64,000 bases of DNA, taken from Candidatus Binatia bacterium (GTDB lineage Bacteria; Desulfobacterota; Binatia; HRBIN30). Below are positions 1 through 8,820 of the stretch, piece after piece (position 1 is the first letter of the stretch; every line of letters starts with the position of its first letter). Below the pieces are notes generated by a model. It saw only the letters and a list, made by a program, of their open reading frames with translations, was not told the DNA's origin and searched no databases. Position numbers and translations under genes: made by a program. The stretch covers positions 151,102 through 215,101 of the forward strand of contig JBBRSP010000010.1 of assembly GCA_038245295.1 (NCBI GenBank), in the 5' to 3' direction.

Positions 1-1
1 C

Positions 2-76
2 AACGGCGATGGCCGTATCGATGACGACGATGTCGACGGCCTCGCCCGGCGCGCCGTGATAGTGGGGAACGTGTAA
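2..76 (+). CDS. C-terminal fragment of a protein ending in a dockerin/EF-hand-like Ca-binding loop (truncated by window start)
   Basis: Frame from base 2 reads NGDGRIDDDDVDGLARRAVIVGNV*; its TAA (74-76) overlaps the next ATG (TAATG). Confidence 0.6.
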   Translation, partial: NGDGRIDDDDVDGLARRAVIVGNV

Positions 77-555
77 TGACGCCCGAACCCCGACGCCCGA
101 CGCCCGCCCCCCGACCCGCGACCACGCTGTTGTTCGCGCTCCTGCTTGCGGCAGCCTTGCCGCTCAATGCCATTGCCGAGGCGACCGCGACGCCGGCGTC
201 GCGCTTCGTCACCGTCGGCATCGTTGTCGATAGCGGCAAGGATGATCTGGCGGCGTATCAGGTGGAAGTCGTCACCACCGGCACGGCGCAGTTCGTCGGC
301 GTCGCCGGCGGCGAGCATCCGGCGTACGCTGCGCCGCCGTACTTTGATCCGGCGGCGATCCGCAGCGGCAATCGCGTCATCGTCGCCGCTTTCAGCCGCG
401 ACACCAATCTGCCCACGGGGGCCACGAAAGTCGCCGAGCTGCAGGTGCGCGAGGTCGGCCCGGTCACCTACACGGCGCGCCTGATGGCCGCGGCGCGCCC
501 CGATCTGTCGCGCTTCACGCCAACGGTCCGGCTCGTCGTCGGAGGACAGCAATGA
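76..555 (+). CDS. Secreted hypothetical protein, possibly cohesin-like beta-sandwich
   Basis: Hydrophobic signal peptide, then beta-strand-rich ~120 aa (VGIVVDSG..LAAYQVEV..FVGVAGGE..VIVAAFS..KVAELQV); start and stop overlap both neighbours. Confidence 0.6.
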   Translation: MTPEPRRPTPAPRPATTLLFALLLAAALPLNAIAEATATPASRFVTVGIVVDSGKDDLAAYQVEVVTTGTAQFVGVAGGEHPAYAAPPYFDPAAIRSGNRVIVAAFSRDTNLPTGATKVAELQVREVGPVTYTARLMAAARPDLSRFTPTVRLVVGGQQ

Positions 556-2564
556 GCGTATGGAGTTGTGAGCTTGATCGCATCCGCATCACCCACTGCC
601 GGCCGACTGCCGTCTACCGACTACCGTCCACCGTGTCGCGTGCCGGAATCCCAACCCTACTTGCCATGGCCATGCTCGGGCTCGCCGCCTGTACTCCGTT
701 CGAACGCCCGGGCAATCGCCTGCAGGTTGCGCCGCCGCCAACGGCCACGCCGGCGGCGCCGTTGGTGCCGGCGTTACGCACGGGCGCCGAGGAGGTGTGG
801 ATCGTCGCGCGCACCGCGCCCGCAGCGCCGCCGACCGGCGCGGCGCCGCAGGTGCCCGCCCTGCCCTACCTGCAGGTTCGCGATGACGGCGCCGTCTTGC
901 CGCTGCAGCACACCACCGTGCACGCCGCGGTGGCCGGGCACGTCGCCAGCGTCGATCTGCGCCAGCGCTTCCATAATGCCGGCGCGCCAGCGGTCGAAGC
1001 GGAGTACGTCTTCGCCCTGCCGCTCGACGCCGCGGTCGACGATTTCGTCATCACCATCGGCACGCGCACCATTCGCGGCTACATTCGCGAGCGCTCCGAG
1101 GCCGAGGTGATCTACGCCGACGCCAGGAAGCAAGGCCGGCGGGCCTTCCTGCTCACTCAGGAGCGGCCGGGCGTATTCCGGCAGGCGGTGGCCAACATCG
1201 CTGCGGGGCAGACGGTGGATGTCAGCCTGACCTACTTCCACACGCTGTCCTATCGTGATGGCGAGCTCGAGTGGCTGTTCCCGATGCGCGACGCGGCGGC
1301 GGCAAGCTCCATCGAGCTGAGCGCCGACATCGATGCCGGCGCGCCGATCGCCACGGTCCACAGCCCATCGCACCAGATCGTCGTCGAGCGCCCGAACCCC
1401 GAACGCGCTCGCGTGCAGTTGGCGCCACAAGAAGGTCGCAGCGCCGCCGACTTCGTGCTGCGCTTCGGCACCGCGGGCGACGATGTGAGATTCGGCCTGC
1501 TGACGCATCGCGATGCGCGTGGCGGGTTCTTCTCGTTGCTCTTGCAGCCGCCGGCCGACATCAGCCGCGTGCCGCGCCAAGCGCTCGAGCTGATCGCCAT
1601 TGCCGACTGCTCGGCCAGGATGGCGGGGGCGCCGATGGCCGGCGTGCGCGCGGCGATCAAGCAGGCTCTGCGCCAGCTCGACGACGGCGATCGTTTCAAC
1701 CTGCACTGCTCGACGGAGAGCTGGCCGTTTGCCGATCAGGCGCGGCCGGCCGATGCGGCGGGGCGCGCTGCCGCCATTGCCTGGATCGAGAGCCAGAACG
1801 GCAACGGCAGCAGCCCTCTGCGCGAGGCTCTACGCGCCGCTCTCGCGGCACCGCCCGATCCGTCGCGCCGGCGTGTGGTGATGCTGCTCGGCGACGGGCG
1901 CAGCGACGACGACGGCGCGCTGGCAGGCGTGGTGCGCGAGCAGCGCAGCGCGGCGCGTATCCTCAGCGTCGCGATCGGTGCGGTGGTCGATGTCCACGAG
2001 CTCGTCGAGGTGGCTCGGCTCGGGCGCGGCGCTGTGGCGCAAGGCTTCACCGGCGCGCAAACCTGGGCTGAGATCGACGCGTTCATCGGCGTATTCTTGG
2101 AGGGTGTTCGGCGCCCGGTGCTGAGCGATCTCGAGATCGACTCGGACGGGCTCGAGCTTGCCGACCTCCACCCGGCGCAGTTGCCCGACCTGTTGGCCGG
2201 ACGGCCGCTGGTGGTGACTGGGCGCTTCCGCGGCAACGGCCCCGCCGTCGTTCGCATTCATGGAAACGCGGCTGGTGCGGCGACGGCGGCCGGCAACGCC
2301 GGCGCAGAGCGCCGCAGCTTGACGCTGAAACTGAGCCCGGCCGAGTTGGCGCAGACCCATCCGGCGCTCGCCACCCTGTGGGCGCGGGCCAGTATCGCCG
2401 CACTGGAATACCGCGGGCTCGACCAGGCGGAGACATCTGGCGGCGATGGCACGTCGGTCTCCGCCGTCGTCGAGCAGATCAGGAATTTGGGGCTCGACTA
2501 TCACATCGTCTCGACCGCCACGGCATTCATCGCGATCGACGCGCGGGCGCAGGCCGAGGAATGA
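552..2564 (+). CDS. VIT and vWA domain-containing (inter-alpha-trypsin inhibitor-like) putative lipoprotein
   Basis: Lipobox LAAC; VIT motifs (LPLQHT..QRFHN..EAEYVFALP..A.VIY..A); vWA core; C-terminal IVSTATAFIAID. Exact start uncertain. Confidence 0.85.
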   Translation: MSVWSCELDRIRITHCRPTAVYRLPSTVSRAGIPTLLAMAMLGLAACTPFERPGNRLQVAPPPTATPAAPLVPALRTGAEEVWIVARTAPAAPPTGAAPQVPALPYLQVRDDGAVLPLQHTTVHAAVAGHVASVDLRQRFHNAGAPAVEAEYVFALPLDAAVDDFVITIGTRTIRGYIRERSEAEVIYADARKQGRRAFLLTQERPGVFRQAVANIAAGQTVDVSLTYFHTLSYRDGELEWLFPMRDAAAASSIELSADIDAGAPIATVHSPSHQIVVERPNPERARVQLAPQEGRSAADFVLRFGTAGDDVRFGLLTHRDARGGFFSLLLQPPADISRVPRQALELIAIADCSARMAGAPMAGVRAAIKQALRQLDDGDRFNLHCSTESWPFADQARPADAAGRAAAIAWIESQNGNGSSPLREALRAALAAPPDPSRRRVVMLLGDGRSDDDGALAGVVREQRSAARILSVAIGAVVDVHELVEVARLGRGAVAQGFTGAQTWAEIDAFIGVFLEGVRRPVLSDLEIDSDGLELADLHPAQLPDLLAGRPLVVTGRFRGNGPAVVRIHGNAAGAATAAGNAGAERRSLTLKLSPAELAQTHPALATLWARASIAALEYRGLDQAETSGGDGTSVSAVVEQIRNLGLDYHIVSTATAFIAIDARAQAEE

Positions 2565-3175
2565 TCGTGAGGTGGAAAAGACAAGCCCTGATCTTGCGCA
2601 CGTTGGCGTTCGCCGGGGCGCTGATTGCGGCGGCCGGTTGCTACACCGTCGACGCCGCCGGGCAACGCATTTTCTGGCGCGATGACGCCGGCGGATCGGC
2701 GCACCGGGGATACGTCGACTTTCACCTTGCCGCCGACTCTGAGCTGAGCGACGGGGTTGTGGTCAGTCGCCCCGGGTGGTGGGCGCTACAGGAGATGGGT
2801 TTGGGGATCGTGCCAGACAGCCTGCTGTTCCCGGCGGCGCAACGCGGCCAGCCGATCCACAGCCGCGTTGCCGTCGAGGCCGGCATTGCCGCCTTCGAGC
2901 TGCACCTGCAGCCGCGCCCCGGCATCACGGCGCCGCGGCGCACGATCGAGGTGCCGGTGGAGGAAGGGATGCTCACCGTCGTTGCGGTCCGAGCCGTGAC
3001 CAGCGGCGTGATCTACCCCCAGAACGCGCCGGTCAGCCTCAAGACCATCCGATCCGGCGGCGCCTGGCTGACCTACGACCTAGAGGTACAGATCTCACCG
3101 CCACTGCGTTTGTCTTTGGCAAATGATGCAACGCCTGAAGTCGGCGTTAAAGCTGATCGTACCAAGGGCGATTGA
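2561..3175 (+). CDS. Hypothetical lipoprotein
   Basis: ATG overlaps previous stop (ATGA); MIVRWKRQALILRTLAFAGALIAAAGC signal and lipobox. Confidence 0.6.
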   Translation: MIVRWKRQALILRTLAFAGALIAAAGCYTVDAAGQRIFWRDDAGGSAHRGYVDFHLAADSELSDGVVVSRPGWWALQEMGLGIVPDSLLFPAAQRGQPIHSRVAVEAGIAAFELHLQPRPGITAPRRTIEVPVEEGMLTVVAVRAVTSGVIYPQNAPVSLKTIRSGGAWLTYDLEVQISPPLRLSLANDATPEVGVKADRTKGD

Positions 3176-3289
3176 ACTCCTGAGCCTTTGCCGAAGCCCG
3201 AGCCTTCAGCCTCAGCCGTCAAAGGCTTCCGCCTCCGCCCGGCTACGGTGGACGAGGAGGCACGGGCGTAGGCTGAGGCTGAGGATGAA

Positions 3290-3363
3290 TGGTCGCACCT
3301 GGACTCGAACCAGGGACCTCCTGCATGTGAGGCAGGCGCTCTAACCGTCTGAGCTATGCGACC
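3290..3363 (-). tRNA. tRNA-Val (anticodon CAC)
   Basis: Reverse complement GGTCGCA TAGCTCAGACGGTTAGAGCG CCTGC CTCACAT GCAGG AGGTC CCTGG TTCGAGT CCAGG TGCGACC A forms a full cloverleaf; CCA is not encoded. Confidence 0.95.
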
Positions 3364-3533
3364 GCGAACCATTTGGCCAGGTGGCCATTTGGTCGGTTTG
3401 CCATCTGACTTTGTGGCCGCGGGGCCAGTTGGTCATTTGGCAGAGGGCGCGAGGTAACACACGGCTCAGGGGGCTTCAAGATTCATCCTTCGCCTACGCC
3501 ATTGCCTGTGCCTTCGCCTGTTCCCATCGTCCG

Positions 3534-3590
3534 GCCCTCACCCCGACCCTCTCCCACCGGCGGCGTGCTCGCTCGGAGTGGGAGAGGGGC
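3534..3590. repeat. REP-like palindrome family C (CCCTCACCCCGACCCTCTCCC...GGGAGAGGG)
   Basis: Same motif recurs at 17394-17537, 40415-40532 and, degenerate, at 58752-58806. Confidence 0.8.
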
Positions 3591-3616
3591 GCTTTGGGGG
3601 CGTCAGGAGAATTCTT

Positions 3617-3655
3617 GACGCACCGCGTTGACATAACGACGCAGCGCGTTATTAT
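3617..3655 (+). promoter_or_regulatory. Sigma70-like promoter with overlapping tandem operator-like boxes
   Basis: TTGACA (3628-3633), 16 bp, TATTAT (3650-3655); GACGCA(C/G)CGCGTT at 3617 and 3638; RBS AAGGAGG at 3665-3671. Confidence 0.6.
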
Positions 3656-3680
3656 GGGTTCTGCAAGGAGGCAACACGCA

Positions 3681-4262
3681 ATGGCAACCAAGGCAAAGAA
3701 GAAGATGGTGAAGAAGGCTCCGATGGTCACGACGCGGGCCGAGAAGATCCGCAAGGATGTCGAGAAGCAGGTACGCGAGGGTTTGGACCGCGCGATCAAC
3801 TTGCTGCCGCCTGTGCCGCGTAAGGCGGTGAAGGACGCGACGGTCAACGTCGAGAAGTTCCGCAAGACGGCTGAGAAGCAAGTGCGCCAGGGGCTCGCCG
3901 AGGCGACGGCCAACGTCGGCAAGCTGCGCAAGACGGCCGAGAAGCAGGTGCGTCAGGGGATCGATCAGGCGATTGGCATGATCCCGCCGGCGCAGAAAAA
4001 GGCTTTCAAGACCGCCACCACCAACTTGGCGACCGCTCGCAAGGATTTCCGCAAGCGTGCCGAGAAGCTGGTCGCCGAAGTGCAAGATCGTACCGAGACC
4101 ATCGTTGGTGACGTTCAGGAACGTTTCGCCAAAGTGGTCGAGCCGGTCACGCGTCGCCTCGATGTTGCTAGCCGCGCCGATGTCGAGCGTTTGCGCACGC
4201 GTCTCGACCACATCGAGCGCCGCATCGAGTCGCAGCTGCGTTCGACCCGCTCGGCCGCTTAA
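3681..4262 (+). CDS. Phasin-like (PHA/lipid granule-associated) helical protein
   Basis: Good RBS; Lys-rich amphipathic helices with 22-aa repeats; C-terminal RLDVASRADVERLRTRLDHIERRI resembles the phasin PhaF/PhaI tail. Confidence 0.6.
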   Translation: MATKAKKKMVKKAPMVTTRAEKIRKDVEKQVREGLDRAINLLPPVPRKAVKDATVNVEKFRKTAEKQVRQGLAEATANVGKLRKTAEKQVRQGIDQAIGMIPPAQKKAFKTATTNLATARKDFRKRAEKLVAEVQDRTETIVGDVQERFAKVVEPVTRRLDVASRADVERLRTRLDHIERRIESQLRSTRSAA

Positions 4263-4394
4263 TCTCTACCTCGCGCCCCGCGGCATCGCCCTTCGACACC
4301 ATGCGAAGAAGGGGCGCGAGTCGACTTTCTACAAGGGGCAGGGGTATCACGGCCTGGAGGTCGGGCAACCGATCTCCAGCCCCGTGCCTTCTGG

Positions 4395-5966
4395 TCAGCG
4401 CCGTTTGCCCCATCCGCCCCCGCCGGGCGTCTCGATGCGGATGCGTTCTCCCGACTTCACATCGACACTGACCTTGCCGGGCAACATCTCCGCCCGCCCA
4501 CGGCGGATCAGACTATTCTTGCCGCGCTTCCCATCAGCACCACCGCGTAATCCGTAGGGCGCTAGAACGCGTCGCTCACTCAGCAACGTCACGCGTGCCG
4601 ACGCCAAATACTCGACCTCGCGAATCACCCCGTCGCCGCCGCGATGCTCGCCGGCGCCACCGGAGCCGGCGCGGATGCCGTAGTGGGTGACTCGCACCGG
4701 TAGACTCGCCTCGAGCGCCTCGATCGGCGTGTTCAGGGTATTGGTCATGTGCGTGTGTACCGCGCTGGCGCCGTCGCCTAGTGGGCCCGCGCCGGCACCG
4801 CCGGCGATGGTTTCGTAGTACGCGAACTGTGTCGCGTCCCGATCGGCGCGTGTGCCACCGAACGAGAAGTTGTTCATCGTCCCCTGGCTCGCCGCCGGCA
4901 CACGTTGCGGCGCCGCTTTGGCTAAGGCGCACAGCAATACGTCGACGATACGCTGCGACGTTTCGACGTTGCCGCCCGCCACCGCGGCCGGGAACGCCGC
5001 GTTGACGATGCTGCGCGGTGGCACGGTGATCCGGATCGGCCGCATGACACCGGCGTTCGACGGGATCGGCACGCGACTGAGGATCTGGACCGTGTACAAC
5101 ACACTCGCCACCGTCACCGCGTAGTTGGCGTTCACACCTCCCGGCACCTGCGGCGATGAGCCGGTGAAATCGACGTGTACTTCGCCGTTGCCGAGCTTCA
5201 CACGGACACGAATTGGAATGCGCCGCGCCGCGAAGCCATCGTCGTCGAGGTAGTCGACGGCTCGATAGGTCCCGGCGCGCAACTCACCGAGCGCCGCGCG
5301 CATCAAGCGCTCCGAGTAGTCCTTCAGACCGCGCATCGCTGCCTGCACGGGTTGGCGGCCGGTGCCATCCACCAACTCGACCATGCGTCGGGCGCCGAAA
5401 CGCAAGGCGGCGAGCTGGGCCAGGAGATCGCCGCGGCGCTCCTCCGTGACACGTGTGTTGGCGAGGAAGAGCTGCATGACGTCGCGTGCCACGACTCCGG
5501 CACGCACCAGATGAACCGGCGGCAGGCGCAGTCCTTCCTGGTAGATCTCGGTTGCCAGAGCCATCGAGCCGGGGCTGCCGCCGCCGATGTCGGCATGATG
5601 GGCGCGGTTGGCGACGTAGGCGAACGGCCGCCGCCCGCCCGGGAGAAACACCGGCGCGACGACGGTAACGTCGGGCAGGTGGGTTCCGCCCGCGAACGGA
5701 TCGTTCAGCATCACCACATCGCCGGCGTCCATCGGCAACGCGTCGATCGCGGCGCGCACCGAGAGGGCCGTCGAGCCCAGATGCACGGGGATGTGCGCCG
5801 CCTGCGCCACGAGCTCGCCGCCGGCATCGAACAACGCACACGAGAAATCACGGCGCTCCTTGATGTTCGCCGAGAAGGCGCTGCGGCACAGGGCAACGCC
5901 CATCTCCTCGGCGATGGCCGCAAAGCGGTGGTTGAAGATCTGGAGATCGATCGGGTTGAGGGTCAT
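4395..5966 (-). CDS. Hydantoinase B / 5-oxoprolinase family protein
   Basis: [51 protein letters not shown] motifs. Confidence 0.93.
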   Translation of the reverse strand: MTLNPIDLQIFNHRFAAIAEEMGVALCRSAFSANIKERRDFSCALFDAGGELVAQAAHIPVHLGSTALSVRAAIDALPMDAGDVVMLNDPFAGGTHLPDVTVVAPVFLPGGRRPFAYVANRAHHADIGGGSPGSMALATEIYQEGLRLPPVHLVRAGVVARDVMQLFLANTRVTEERRGDLLAQLAALRFGARRMVELVDGTGRQPVQAAMRGLKDYSERLMRAALGELRAGTYRAVDYLDDDGFAARRIPIRVRVKLGNGEVHVDFTGSSPQVPGGVNANYAVTVASVLYTVQILSRVPIPSNAGVMRPIRITVPPRSIVNAAFPAAVAGGNVETSQRIVDVLLCALAKAAPQRVPAASQGTMNNFSFGGTRADRDATQFAYYETIAGGAGAGPLGDGASAVHTHMTNTLNTPIEALEASLPVRVTHYGIRAGSGGAGEHRGGDGVIREVEYLASARVTLLSERRVLAPYGLRGGADGKRGKNSLIRRGRAEMLPGKVSVDVKSGERIRIETPGGGGWGKRR

Positions 5967-6018
5967 GTTAGAGCCTTCGTCCTGGCGAAGGAGTTTTGTT
6001 GGCAAGCTGACAAACCGG

Positions 6019-6094
6019 CTTCGACGGGCTCAGCCTGAGCGGTTGATGGGTTGAGATCATGAATCATTCTCCGCTCACCCTGAGCGCGTCGAAG
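6019..6094. repeat. REP-like inverted doublet (CTTCGAC..GCTCAG..TGAGCGG)
   Basis: Arms 6019-6042 and 6071-6094 are near-perfect reverse complements; the right arm lies in the hydantoinase A 3' end. Confidence 0.75.
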
Positions 6095-8091
6095 GGTGAC
6101 TGCGTCGCCGGATGGCGCAATACCAGATGCCCTTCCTCGCCGAGCGTCAGCCGCCAGCCCGGCGGGACAAACGTCGTGGCGCTGAATTCGGTGACCAGCA
6201 ACGGACCACGCTGGTGCTTGCCCGGTACGAGTGAGTCGCGCCGGATCACCTGGGTTGGCCACCAGCGATTGTGCCAGCGCACGCGGCCGTGTGTGGGCGC
6301 TGATTTGATCGCGACGAGCGCGGTGGCGCGACCAGACACGGGTCGCGGCACGGCGGCGCTCAGACGCAGGCTGACGACCTCGATATCGCGTTGGCGATCG
6401 GCGTAGCCGTAGCGGCGTTCATGCAAGCTATGAAAGTCGCGCAGCGGATTGGCTCGCAGGGGAATGGCAAGCTCGTGGGCCTGGCCGATGTAGCGCATGT
6501 CGAGGCTGACGCGAATGTGCACTTTCGCCCGTGTTCCCGTCTGCTCGCGCATGTCGCGGCGGGCGCGCCGGATCAGTGGCGCCGCGGCAGCGCGTAGGCG
6601 TGCCGTTGTTGGGTTGATCCATCTCAGCGTGCGCACGTAGTCGCGCTGGATGTCGGCGCTGGCGGCACCGAGAGCCGATAGGACACCGGGATGGCGCGGG
6701 ATTACCACCGTGGTCATGCCGAGTAGCTCGGCCAGATCACAAGCGTGCTGGCCGCCGGCACCGCCGAAGGCGATCAGCGCGTGTTCGCGTGGATCGACGC
6801 CGCGCTCGACCGACACCTGACGCAGGGCGCGCTCCATGCCGGCATTGACGACACGCACGATACCCTCCGCCGTGGCTTCGACACCTAGACCAATTTGCCG
6901 TGCGAGTGCGGCGATCGCTTTTCGAGAGCGGTCGACGTGTAACTTCATACGACCGCCGAGGAAGTTGTCGGCGGCGAGGCGCTGGAGAACAGCATTGGCA
7001 TCGGTCACCGTGGCGCGTGTGCCGCGGCCGTAACAGGCCGGCCCCGGATCGGCGCCGGCGCTTTCGGGTCCGACCTTCAAAGCGCCGCCGGCGTCGACGT
7101 AGGCTAGTGAACCACCGCCGGCGCCGACCGTATGAATATCGAGCGCCGGTACCTTGACCGGATGGCCGCCGATTTCCCACTGGTGGCGTAGAGGCATGTC
7201 GCCGGACAACAGGCTGACATCGGATGACGTGCCGCCCATATCGAAGGTGATGACGCGATCCAGGCCGAGCGCCTGCGCCACATGCCAGGCGCCGCGCACG
7301 CCGCCGGCGGGGCCGGAGAGGCAGGTGCGCACCGCCTCGTGCGCCGCCAGGGCCGGTGTGATGGCGCCGCCATTCGATTGCAGGACAAACCAGCGGCGTT
7401 TGCCGAGACCCACGGCGAGGCGCTCCAAGTGACGGCTCATGACCGGACCGATGTAGGCATTGATCACCGTCGTGCTGCCGCGTTCGAACTCGCGATATTC
7501 GGCGACCAGCTCACTCGAGACACTGACGAAGATGTCGTGGCGGCGCAGCGCGGCGGCGAGCTGCTGTTCGTGTGCTGGATTGGCGTAGGAGTGCAGGAGG
7601 CAGATCGCTACGGCGTCGGCATTACGCCGGGCGAGCTTGGTGACTCGTTGTACTTCTGAAGCGGATAACCTCTGCAGCGCCGAACCGTCGAAGAGCATGC
7701 GCTCGCGGACACCGATGCGTTGGCGCCGCGCCACGAGCGGTTCGGCACGTTGCGGCTCGAGGGCGTAGAGATCCGGCCGGTTCTGGCGGCTGATCTCGAT
7801 GATGTCTTCAAAGCCGGCGGTCGTCAGCAGCGCGACGCGGGCGCCTTTGTGTTCGAGCAACGCGTTGGTGGCGACCGTCGAGCTGTAGGTCAGGGTGAAG
7901 TTGGGGGTCGGGCGGGGCATTCCGTCGTCGAACGTTGCCAGGAGCTGGTCCAGTCCCTCGAGAACGGCTCGCGACGGGTCGTCTGGTGTGGAGAGGACTT
8001 TGTGGAGATGGACGGCGCCGCGGTGCAGCGCGATCAGGTCGGTGAAGGTGCCGCCGGTGTCGATTCCGACCAACAGCGGAATGCCTCCCAC
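6064..8091 (-). CDS. Hydantoinase A / 5-oxoprolinase family protein
   Basis: GIDTGGTFTD, STVATNALLE, SGPAGG, DMGGTSSD, GAGGGS, GPESAGADPGPACYG. Start uncertain (GTG 8091 or ATG 8145). Confidence 0.93.
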   Translation of the reverse strand: MGGIPLLVGIDTGGTFTDLIALHRGAVHLHKVLSTPDDPSRAVLEGLDQLLATFDDGMPRPTPNFTLTYSSTVATNALLEHKGARVALLTTAGFEDIIEISRQNRPDLYALEPQRAEPLVARRQRIGVRERMLFDGSALQRLSASEVQRVTKLARRNADAVAICLLHSYANPAHEQQLAAALRRHDIFVSVSSELVAEYREFERGSTTVINAYIGPVMSRHLERLAVGLGKRRWFVLQSNGGAITPALAAHEAVRTCLSGPAGGVRGAWHVAQALGLDRVITFDMGGTSSDVSLLSGDMPLRHQWEIGGHPVKVPALDIHTVGAGGGSLAYVDAGGALKVGPESAGADPGPACYGRGTRATVTDANAVLQRLAADNFLGGRMKLHVDRSRKAIAALARQIGLGVEATAEGIVRVVNAGMERALRQVSVERGVDPREHALIAFGGAGGQHACDLAELLGMTTVVIPRHPGVLSALGAASADIQRDYVRTLRWINPTTARLRAAAAPLIRRARRDMREQTGTRAKVHIRVSLDMRYIGQAHELAIPLRANPLRDFHSLHERRYGYADRQRDIEVVSLRLSAAVPRPVSGRATALVAIKSAPTHGRVRWHNRWWPTQVIRRDSLVPGKHQRGPLLVTEFSATTFVPPGWRLTLGEEGHLVLRHPATQSPFDALRVSGE

Positions 8092-8159
8092 CTTAGCCTC
8101 AGCCTGAGCCGTTGCCTTTGCCTTGTCAGACGTAGGCTTGGGCATTGGCTCGGGCTTAG

Positions 8160-8341
8160 TACTCCGGTTCATTAGTTCGGCGACGCATTTCGCGGCTGTT
8201 CGGAAGCATCGGGCTCACGCGCCGCAGGCTGAAGCCTGCGCCTACCAGACTGAGTACGCACCCTAAAGCGGATCGGTAGGCGCAGGCTTTAGACTGCGGA
8301 GGGCGGTTGCGGATACGTCACCGCATTTGTGCCGAACAGTA
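8160..8341. mobile_element. 182-bp MITE-like element, copy 1, carrying a GTAG-type REP doublet
   Basis: Near-identical to 54205-54386; ends TACT...AGTA; flanked by CTTAG direct repeats (8155-8159, 8342-8346). Confidence 0.85.
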
Positions 8342-8346
8342 CTTAG

Positions 8347-8694
8347 TTACGCCGCGGCGGCCGGTTTGCTCGGCTTCGCCTCGGATTTGCTTTCGGATTT
8401 GCTTTCGGACTTGCTCTCGCTTTTGGACTCCGACTTCGATTCCGACTTCGACTCGGACTTGGATTCACCGCTCGACTCGCTCTTCGAGTCGCCGTCTTTC
8501 TTGGAGCCGCCGGAGCCGGAGCGGCCGTAGTCGGTAATGTACCAGCCACTGCCCTTCAGTTGGAAAGACGTGTTGGAGATAAGCTTGGTGACCTTGCGCT
8601 TGCAGGTCGGGCACTTCTTCAGAGGTGGGTCGGTGATGCGTTGGGTGGTTTCGAACTCACCGCACTTGTCACAACGATATTCGTAAATTGGCAC
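8347..8694 (-). CDS. FmdB family zinc-ribbon regulatory protein with SESK-repeat tail
   Basis: [29 protein letters not shown] signature. Confidence 0.9.
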   Translation of the reverse strand: MPIYEYRCDKCGEFETTQRITDPPLKKCPTCKRKVTKLISNTSFQLKGSGWYITDYGRSGSGGSKKDGDSKSESSGESKSESKSESKSESKSESKSESKSESKSEAKPSKPAAAA

Positions 8695-8784
8695 TGGTTA
8701 ACCTCCGAACGATGGCCTGTGGGAGGGATTAACCACAGGCCATGGGTGTGTCAACGCGAATGGGCGGCGGTTTGGTGCAGCACG

Positions 8785-8820
8785 CCGCAAGCTAAAGCTA
8801 AGCTAAAGCTTGCGCCTACC
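8785..8820. repeat. GTAG-type REP, family A (consensus GGTAGGCGCAGGCTTCAGCCTGCGG)
   Basis: CCGCAAGCTAAAGCT AAGCTAAAGCT TGCGCCTACC, with an internal duplication; its GTAG supplies the DUF167 stop codon. Confidence 0.8.

Noticed and set aside
1..3289. Genomic island integrated at the tRNA-Val 3' end
   Set aside because: No integrase, no duplicated tRNA 3' end and no obvious compositional shift; cannot be excluded beyond the window edge
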